Part shown: piece after piece, positions 54,820 through 64,000 of the stretch | How the letters are laid out: the number at the start of each line of letters is the position of its first letter | Numbering within the stretch: the stretch's first letter is position 1 | Source: the human T2T-CHM13v2.0 reference genome, Homo sapiens | Length of the DNA stretch: 64,000 bases | NCBI RefSeq assembly: GCF_009914755.1 | Contig: NC_060933.1 | Direction: 5' to 3' (one strand) | Translations under genes and position numbers: made by a program | The notes under the pieces: generated by a model | Told to the model about the DNA's origin: nothing | Database searches by the model: none | The model's input: the letters and a program-made list of their open reading frames with translations, nothing else

Positions 54820-57800
54820 CTGTCCATAACCCTTGATGTACCTCTAGCCCAGATCTTACCACAAAGCCCTAGATCCACAGACCAAACTGCCCAGTCCATC
54901 ATGGAAGACTTCAAGGGGATCACACCCAACACACCTAAAACTTAAGTCCTTTCATCCTTCCCTCTCCAAACCTACCGCCTTACCTATATTCCCCATCACT
55001 GTGAAGGTTATGCACCTGTGTGTTCGCCAGATCAATTAGCTCATCCAAACTCTCTCATTTTACTCACCCTCCACATGATTATATATATATATATTCTATT
55101 CTACTTCTTTACAAATAATACTTCCTCAACGATGATTCTCATCTCTTAATTTCAAGGCCTCACAGCTTTCCCACTTATATCATATATTCCTCTTTCATAT
55201 CCTATATTGTCTCAGGTTTAGGATGCCATGGCCAGCTGATCAATCCTCCATACTGCTTGAAAAATGATATTTCAGATGCATTACTTTCAGATAAAGATCA
55301 AACCAGTTTCCCTGTTTAGCACATGGACCCAGCATCTGCTTCTCTAACCATCTTTGCGGCTCCTTTCAGAGTTTGCCGTATCTAATTAAAGCATTATTAA
55401 TCAAAGTTTATTCTTGCTCAGACTGGATTTGCCAGGTGAATCATTCTCTGCCTAACAAATATTTCCAAATATTTGGCCACAGCAGCACATGACTGGTCAA
55501 CTGCCAGAGGTGAGGGATCATGACAATGGGACATTGAAGCCACACCTAAACGACCTGACATTTTCAGTGGGGGCAGGTGGCTGTACCATCAGTAATGAGT
55601 GGGTATCACTGCCTTCAGTGCCCAAGAGAGTGTACAAGGCAATGTCTCCAGAGCCTGCTGTCACTCACACGGCCCTCAACCCCATCCAGTCCTCCCTCCC
55701 TCTTTAATTTTGCAGCAGCTGCTCCTTTCTACATAAGGCCCATCTTTCTCTCTCCTTCTCCTTCCTCTCCTCCTTCTTCTCTCCCTCCCTTCTCAACTAT
55801 CATTTTATCATTGTCTTGTTTCTCTCTAATATTTGCAATATATTTTCCCAAAATTTTAAAATAGCTTTTAAATGAAGCTCTGTTGAATTTTTAGACAACA
55901 AACATCTAGAATAAAATCTCTCGATCTTCCTTTTCTGCCAGCCTACTCTCTCTTTCCCTTTGCACCAAATTTCTCCTGAGTGTTCATACTCAGTGCCTCC
56001 AGCTCCTCCCCTCATGTGCACTCCTCCGCCATCTGCAATCTCACTTGCCTCCACCAGGCCAATGGAACAACACTGGTAAGCCTAACTTTCCTTGTTTCAA
56101 AGGTCATCTTCTTTGTGCTTTTACAAAATGGCAGCACAGTTGACCACGTCCTCCTTTGAGTAAGCCCTCTTATTTTGGCATCTGTGATTTATGCTACCCT
56201 GGTTTTCCTCCTGACACTCTGGACATATCTTCCCAGGCTCATTATTTACCTGTCGACTAAATACTGGATTTTGCCAATAATAGGCCTATGAATCTCTTGG
56301 CTTCTCATCCTACTCTACTTTCTTGGTCAATCATATTCACACTCATAACTGCAGTTTTCATCTTAATGGAAATGAACCACAATGCTATATTTAAATGCCC
56401 ACAATCTACAAGCTCAAAACCCAGGGGGTCAGCCATTTAGCTATCATTCTCCGCCAACTTGGATAGCTAAAACTTACCCAAAACCAAACTCTTGATAACC
56501 ATCCTCCATTCCTACTAAAACCCTGTTCTCTAGTGTTCTATCCTAATGAGTGTTATCACCAATCATCCAGCCATGCAAACCAGCAATCTCTTAATCTCCC
56601 TCCATGCCCCTTCACAGCAAATCCGTTACCTATTCCAACTGTTTTATTTTTGTAGGCCTATACCCAAACCACCCTTATCTCCATCTCCAACCACCTATGG
56701 GGGACAGATAGGACGAACCATGCCCACTCTGCCTTATCTGAATTCCTGACCCACTTCCGTGGGTCCATCTTATGCATGGACATAAGAAAATTGTTGCTGC
56801 TTTATGCTACCAGAGAGTCGAGTGCTTTATGATGCAACTCGCCCACAGGCATTGATTATCCCCTCTCAAATGCATTCTCCACATTGTTGTCAGTGGTATT
56901 TCTGAAATGCAAATCTGGCAAAGTCACTCCCTGCTCCCACCTCTGTGTAACCACCCATCCAATAGGTTCTTTCTGTCCACTGCACAAACAAAATCAACTC
57001 ACCAAGACCATGGCATTGCAGTAAAGAAAGAGTTTAATTGATGCGAGCCCAGCCATGCCACACAGGAGACAGAGTTATTACTCAAATCAATCTTTCTGAA
57101 GGCTGGGAGGTTAGGGGTTTTTCAAAGATAGTTTGGAGGGCAGGGGGCTAAGGTAGGAGGCATGCTGAATTTTTGGGTCAGAGATGAAATTATAGGGAAT
57201 TGAAGCTGTCCTCTTGTGCTGAGTCAGTTCCTGGGTGGGGATGATAGGACTGGTTGGTAGGTCCAGGTGGGGTCATCTGGTTGTCAGAAATGCAAAAGCC
57301 TGAAAAGGCATCTCAAAAGGCCAATCTTAGGTTCTATAAAAGTAATGTTATCTGCAAGAGTGATTGGGGAAGTTGCAAATATTATTAACTCTGGAAAAAT
57401 GGCTGGTAATTATTTAGAACTCAAGCCCCTCTCACCCTCCTTACTTGATGGTCTTTCATTAGTTTTACAAGAGCAGTTTAGGTTTGGGGAAGAGCTATTA
57501 TCATTTAAACCATAAACTAAACTTTTCCCAAAGTGAGCTTGGCCCATGCCCAGAAATGAGCAAAGACAGCCAGCCTGTGAGGCTAGAGGCAAGATGGAGT
57601 CAGCTCTGTCAGATTTATCTTACTGTTATACTTTTCCAAAGGCTGTTTAATCTGCAATGGAATAAAAAAACTCAGATAAACCTATATCCCATACTGTAAG
57701 CCACAAGACCTCAAATTGCATGCCCCCTCCAATTCTCAGGCCCCTTCTATTTAACTAATTATTTTCTTCTCTGTGTCATTGTTGCATGCCATCATTTCCT

Positions 57801-58080
57801 TCCATGTCATACAGCTATCTCAGGGCCTTTGCACATGCTCCATTCTCCCAACTCCCCTCATTTCAAGCTCTTTGGAATGCCATGGCTCTCTCCTTTCTAA
57901 CACAGCGTATAGTTGTAATTTTACATTTAATTTGGGGTTTGTTTAATTAATTTCCATCTTTCACACTAGACCTTTAGTTCTCCAAAGAAAGTGTCCATAT
58001 CAAGTTTTTTTTTTTTTTTTTTTGATAACTAGAGCTTAGCACAGTACATGCACAATATAGGTGCTCCAAATATTTTTTGG
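54820..58080 (+). mobile_element. Scattered L2 remnants (interrupted by the LTR8-family element)
   Basis: Pyrimidine-rich L2-like motifs (CAGCACAGTTGACCAC, CAGGGCCTTTGCACATGCT, AGCACAGTACATGCACAATATAGGTGCTC). Confidence 0.55.
56946..57650 (-). mobile_element. LTR8-family (LTR8A/B) solo LTR, full length
   Basis: TGTAACC...GCAAGATGGAGTCAGC...CAAAGGCTGTTTAA, 705 bp; perfect 4-bp TSD TCTG (56942-56945 / 57651-57654). Confidence 0.85.
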
Positions 58081-58381
58081 AAAAAACAGTTCTTTACAAT
58101 GGCAGGAAACAGCAAAGGTTGGAATTAGGGTCAAAGTAAACCTCTGTGTTCCATGGAGACTTCCTGGAGCATCGTTTTACTCTGCATAAATAATCCTTTA
58201 GTATTATGACCATGGGGAAACTTCCAGTCATGAGACCCTCTGATTATATACTAAAAGTTAAGCTTTGACCAGCATTTCACTTATCATTTAACTTTCTTAG
58301 TATTGTTATGGTATGTGCCACTCTCCTCCCTCCTCCTTCTCCCCTTCCCTACTCCACTGAATCCCTTTGTATCAGATATGG

Positions 58382-58832
58382 TATATTAATTCTCTATTGG
58401 GACAAAACAAATTACCTAGCACTCAACAAAGTAATATTGAATGGTTATTCATTATCTGTCTGCTTCCATAAGTCAGGAATCTGGCCATGGCCCAGCTGGA
58501 TGCCTCTGGCCCAGGGTTTCTCCTGATGGTGCAGTGCAGCTGTCATACAGAGCCATCTCCTGGCTGACTTGCACCCAGTAGGCCAGCCTCAGCCTCAGTC
58601 CTGAGCCACATGGGCCTCTCCCAGGATAGCCTCATGACATGGCAGCTGGCTTCCCCAGAAAGAACCACAGACAGAGCTGGTCTTTTATACTCTAATCTCA
58701 AAGCGACATCCCATCACTACTGTCCATCACGATCAAGTCACCAAGGCCAACTCATATTATACAGGATTATACAGTATGTGAATACCAGGAGGTGAGGACC
58801 ATTGAGGGTCATTTCAGAAGCTACCTACCACA
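58382..58832 (-). mobile_element. MLT1G/H-like MaLR LTR
   Basis: GTCAGGAATCTGG...ATGACATGGCAGCTGGCTTCCCCAG...GTGAATACCAGGAGGTGAGG...CTACCACA. Confidence 0.75.
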
Positions 58833-58983
58833 GGTGCAATTTAAGAATAAGAATTTAGTTCAGGTTGGTATCACTCATCCAAGATGGGCCAAAAAGAGTG
58901 GGTAGGAGTGCATATTTTTTTCTCATAATTTGAATTAAGCTGAAGAAAAATAAAACATTTCATGACATAATAATATCAGAGTT

Positions 58984-59222
58984 TGCTTGAGCCCAGGAGT
59001 TGGAGGCCAGCCTGGGCAACATAGTGAGACCTCATCTCTACAAAAATTTTAAGAAAGTTAACTGAATGTGATGGTCTGTGTCTGTAGCCCCAGCTACTTA
59101 GGAGGCCAAGGTGGGAGGATCACTTGAGTCAGGGAGGTCAAGGCTGCAGTGAGCTATGATTGCAACACTACTCTCCAGCCTGGGCAACAGAGTTGGACCC
59201 TGTCTCCAATAATAATAATAAC
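58984..59222 (+). mobile_element. 5'-truncated AluJ with (AAT)n tail
   Basis: GCTTGAGCCCAGGAG...GAGGTCAAGGCTGCAGTGAGCTATGAT; TSD about ATAATATCAGAGTT / ATAACGTCAGAGTT. Confidence 0.9.
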
Positions 59223-59527
59223 TATAACGTCAGAGTTATTTTTTTTCACAAGAAGCCAAGTTTGAAGTCACATGAACAAGAATGTTTTCCACATGTACAA
59301 CTAAGCTGTGTTTTCCCTGGGAAAAAGCAATGCCCACTTAGAAAAACTGCTTGCTTCTTAGGTAATTAACAAGGAAGTCAATGGTCAGAAGCTGCTGCTT
59401 ATAGGGAAACTGAGAGCAGAACCCATCTCCCCTCCCCCATCACCACCCCCAAAACTCTCTCACCCAGAGATCAGCTTCATTCTCATGATAGCAACACTGA
59501 AATCTCCTACTTATAAAGCTGAAGAGT
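59092..59527 (+). repeat. Local direct duplication 3, copy A (partner 61107-61542)
   Basis: AluJ right arm plus about 300 bp of unique 3' flank; long identical blocks such as TGCTTATAGGGAAACTGAGAGCAGAACCCATCTCCC. Confidence 0.95.
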
Positions 59528-59898
59528 AGAACTTCTTCTAGCAGGAAGGGAAAGTTTCCCAAGAGAACATGATGGTACTTCAGATAAGGTGGCTTAAAGA
59601 TAATGCTGCAGAAATATGCTGGAACATTTACCCACCCACTGGGAAGAGAACCTCGGGGATAATACTCAGCTGCATGAGTAACCACCAGTTTTCCAGGCCT
59701 GACCCCCTCCAGCATAATCTGGGTTCTGCCTACCCACTGAGCCAGCACCTCACCCCACCCAGGCCTCCTGCCTTCCCTCACCTCTTTCTGCTGTCCACAT
59801 TGGAATTTGCACTCTACGTTTAAGAAATGACCCTGCGTCTTCAACGCCTTCTCAGAAAGTGGCCCTCTCCTTCTTTTGGCTAAGACCTGCTGTCCTGC

Positions 59899-60217
<319 letters not shown>

Positions 60218-60699
60218 TAGCTCCCTTCAGTTTACCTCTTGCAGTCTCCAGTCATTATTCCATTGCTACTCCAAAATCTCTTCTTCTTCCTGAAAACAAA
60301 ACAACAATAACAACTAAACAACAAACCTGCCTGCGTATTGGAAGCCTGTTTCACTGGAAATAACATTGTCCCCTCCTCCTGGTCATTGGTGCCAATAGAA
60401 TTTCATATGACCACTGTTCCCTGCTCCTACCAGGCTTATAGGAATCCTCTCAACCCCAACAAACTTGGATATTTAGCTTCCATGTGGAGGGTGCATTTGA
60501 TATCATGGCCTCTCTATTTCCTGTCTTACTTGCAACAAAACAAACCTGTATTTCTGTCTCTTCCCTATGGTCCATCGTGGCTGCAACAACTCAGAACTCG
60601 CAAACCATCACTGCCTGTACTCCCTGGTCACGTGCTCAATAACTGCACCTCCACGCAATCATTCTTCAACCCCGTTAATACTCCCAGTTGGTTAACCAC

Positions 60700-61020
60700 A
60701 CTGTTTACTCACAATCTATTCACCTTTCCCGCCTTCATTTCGCTCCTTTCTCTACTTGGATTCCTCCATTCATCAGTATACTCACCAATCTAAGACACTC
60801 AACATCATTGCCATCTTGAAACCTTGTTAGACTCATTTGGCCAAGATCCCAACACTGGTTACACTTAACTCTCTACTTTCTCCATGCCTGAAACCCAACA
60901 ACAGAAAGGTTGGAAAGAAAATCACACAATCACTTTGAATCCCACAAACACAAATCTCGAAGGAGCTCCCAATACCGCATGACTATATACCACGTTTCTC
61001 TGTAAACCTGCCTTTCTTCT
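60700..61020 (+). mobile_element. L2 remnant
   Basis: GGCCAAGATCCCAACACTGGTTA...GGAAAGAAAATCACACAA. Confidence 0.45.
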
Positions 61021-61106
61021 TGTTGAGATAATACCGTGGCACAAACAGGATTGAGGTGCACAGCATACATTCCTTCTTTTGAGAAGAGAGTCAGACTAAC
61101 CTTCCT

Positions 61107-61542
61107 AGCTACTTAGGATGCTGAGGCAGGAGGATTGCTTGAGCCAGGGAGGTCAAAGCTGCACTGAGATATGATTGCAATACTGCACTCCAGCCTGGGC
61201 AACAGAGTAGGACCCTGTCTCAAATAATTAATGATAGTAATAATAATAATGTCAGAGTACCTTTTTTCACAAGAAACAAGTTATATAAACAAGAAAATGT
61301 TTTCCACATATACAACTAAGATGTGTTTTTCCTGGGAAAAAGTAATGCCCACTTAGAAAAATTGCTTGCTTCTTAGGTAATCAATAAGGAGGTCAATAGT
61401 TAGAAGCTACTGCTTATAGGGAAACTGAGAGCAGAACCCATCTCCCATCCCGCATTATCACCCCCAGACCTCTCCCACCCACACAGCAGCCTCATTTTCA
61501 TGCTAGCAACCCTGAAATTCTGTGTTTGTAAGGCTGAAGAGT
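61107..61542 (+). repeat. Local direct duplication 3, copy B
   Basis: Starts mid-Alu (AGCTACTTAGGA) and ends GCTGAAGAGT; roughly 85% identical to 59092-59527 by eye. Confidence 0.95.
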
Positions 61543-62399
61543 TTGCACTTAGATGCAACCGTGTGGTTGAGCTTCTGCAAATTGAACATGAGCAGGTGAT
61601 GTGCACGCCTTTCAGGTACGGCTCCTAAAAAGCCATCCATCAAGCTCGGACCTTCAGCAACATGTTTGGAAGCGTCATGCCGACAGAATGCATTAACTTT
61701 TATTTTCTGCATTTAGCAAGTTACATTGAGGAAGAAATGAACTTAGGAAAGGATTATTCAGTTTGCAATAGAAAGAATCCAGAAAGCTAGGTCCTTGAAA
61801 CATAGGGAGAATAAACTATTTTTTCAACTCAAATTTCAAAAAGTAGACTGTAAAATGCACTGAACAAAACAGGCCCATTATGATTCTTCCGTTACATAAA
61901 GCAATTCCACTTTGTCACAAAGACCCAATTAAGAGCCTCTCATCCTACTCAAGCTCATTGTTTTGGACGTCCTCCAGGTAGCTACTGTTAGTTTGGAAAA
62001 AAAAAAAAAGGATGTAGGGCTGAGGAAACAGAAAAATAAAAGAGACCTGAGAATTATGCTTAGGAAACCTATTGATATGTATGATATATAATTCTGCCCA
62101 AAAAAACATAGCTCAAAGGCCTATTTGGTTCCAGCGGAAATTAAATTTTGAAAAAGGAGGCAAAACGTAAAAAGCATTTGACTGTTGAAGTTTTTGATCA
62201 TTCAAGCTTTAAAACACCTCTTAAGCTTCTCAAATTGTACGAGTAGGAATTAGGCTGTAAACCTGAAATGAAAGCAGAAAGGGGCTGTTGGCCCTTGACT
62301 TTGGAGAGGGATGAGTGTGTGTTTGTGTGGAGGAAAACCGGAAGATACAGCTGAAGTTGAGCCTGATCTGCTCAACTGCATCTCTTTCCACTTTACCGA

Positions 62400-62720
62400 G
62401 TTCACACGGCACTTCCCTTGGTATCAGGAGAAGCCCTGTGAATGTTAACAGAGGCTTATGCTTCCCAAGCCCCCATGTGTGGGATGCCATACTTCTTCTT
62501 CAGTGACCTGAAAGGACATGTGCTTAGGATTGTAGGTCAGTAAGGCATACGAGCCTGGGTCTCTGAATCCCTGTGTGGAGCAGAGCCTCCCCAGAAACAG
62601 GTGTATTAATTCTGAACAAAATATAAATGTGTATTGCCTAACTTCTTGTTATAAGGGAAATTATTTATTTTCTCATTGCATTTATTTTTGTCACAGCAGC
62701 TGGTGTTACTTTAATTAAAT
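62400..62720 (+). mobile_element. Old MLT1 LTR fragment
   Basis: GAGCCTGGGTCTCTGAATCCCTGTGTGGAGCAGAGCC...TTTGTCACAGCAGC. Confidence 0.5.
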
Positions 62721-63199
62721 CAAGTGTCTTCCCTATTGGCCTCAAGCCAACACCACCTTTTCCTCAACTTCCTCTCATAATTCATTGAGGAAAGAGAAAC
62801 AGGAACCAGCAAGTCAACCCCTTTGCCTCACCAAATCTGAACGCATGTTTTAGGGCTAATCACTTGTGAAGTGATGAAAGTGTCCCTCCTCCCATCACAG
62901 CAAACTTCCACCAGTTGTGTTGTGGGTCCTATCTCTAACTGTTGAAGGACTTTTTACTGTAGATGGCCCTTCTGCCTGCATTGTCATCTCTCTCCCTTCA
63001 TTGTGTCATTTCTCTCAGCAGAGAAATGTTATCCATTCATTATTTCCCTGATGAGAAATTATCTGTTCCCAATTTCAGCAACATTTCTCAAAGGAATTTT
63101 CTGCCTCCATTGTATCCCCTCTTTATTGTTTCACTTTAAGAAAAAAAAAATGTATATATGTAATATATGTATTTATATGCACACACACATTACTAGTGA

Positions 63200-63790
63200 G
63201 CATGATAGCTGGTACAACAATGTTGGAAATAACTGACACCAAACATATGCACGCCCTATAATCAAGAAATTCCATTTTTAAGCACATATCTAAAAGAAAT
63301 GTATACATGTGTGCACCAAAAGGTGCATACAAAAGTCTTCCTAGTAGCCAAAATCTGGAAGCAGCACATGGCTATGAGGACAAATGAATAAATAGGTTGT
63401 GAGATATTTATGTACAGAAATACTACTCAGCACTGAAAATTAATGAATACTGTTATGAGGACTAGCAGGGATGAGTCTCACAGACATAATGTTAAGTGAC
63501 AGAAGCCTGATGTAAAAGACTATATATCCTATGACTCTATTTCCATTTATACATTGTTCAAAATTAGGCAAATCAAATTTCTGGCATTACAGAGCAGGAG
63601 GAAGGGGTCATGATTAGAAGGAGTAAGAAGAAGCCTTCTGGAGTCTAAAAATGTTCTATTTCTTGATCTGGTTGTAACCAGTTGGGTTAATTTTGTGATA
63701 ATCCATTGAGCAATACATTTAATGAATTGTATCTGTTTTGTAGAGATGTTGTACTTCCGCATATCTGACTTTTTTAAAGGTAATAAAATA
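63200..63790 (+). mobile_element. L1MC/ME 3' region
   Basis: GTAGCCAAAATCTGGAAGCA...GAAATACTACTCAGCA...GTTCTATTTCTTGATCTGG. Confidence 0.7.
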
Positions 63791-64000
63791 TGATAAATAA
63801 TGCTGTTGTATCCTTTGTCAATTCTTCCCAGATCCATCTCCCTCACTCCACACAGGCAAGCATTAATATGAGTTTATTATTCATCCTCCTAATCTATTAT
63901 GATATTATTATGTCTGCATATGTATGAAGATATGTATGTTTTTGTCATAAAATAATATACATAACTAATACTGTTCTGCAACTTACTTTTTTATGTATCA

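Noticed and set aside
60338-60793. 151-aa plus-strand ORF
   Set aside because: TTG start, overlaps L2-like sequence, no recognisable homology or exon structure

Overview
Primate (human-like) genomic DNA: AT-rich, CpG-depleted, with no CpG island and no recognisable protein-coding gene. The ORF track is mostly Alu-, LTR-, L1- or microsatellite-derived or random. About half of the window is transposon-derived: about 12 Alu copies or fragments, solo LTRs (MER41A, MSTA, THE1D, MER11, MER31, LTR8-family, MER67-like, several MLT1), nested L1s of several ages, L2/MIR relics and a Charlie1a DNA transposon. Family calls come from recalled consensus sequences, not a database search, so subfamily names and boundaries of old elements are approximate. 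I see no new gene system. The notable signal is a set of local DNA-copying scars. There are three same-orientation duplications of 120-435 bp with copies 1.4-2.0 kb apart. A tail-less Alu fragment sits in one duplicate, whose twin keeps the empty site. There is also a near-perfect 41-bp-arm, pre-miRNA-sized hairpin that looks like a template-switch product. Retrotransposition oddities include a twin-primed inverted L1, two Alus sharing one target site and a left/right chimeric Alu monomer. A few weak exon and enhancer candidates are noted.
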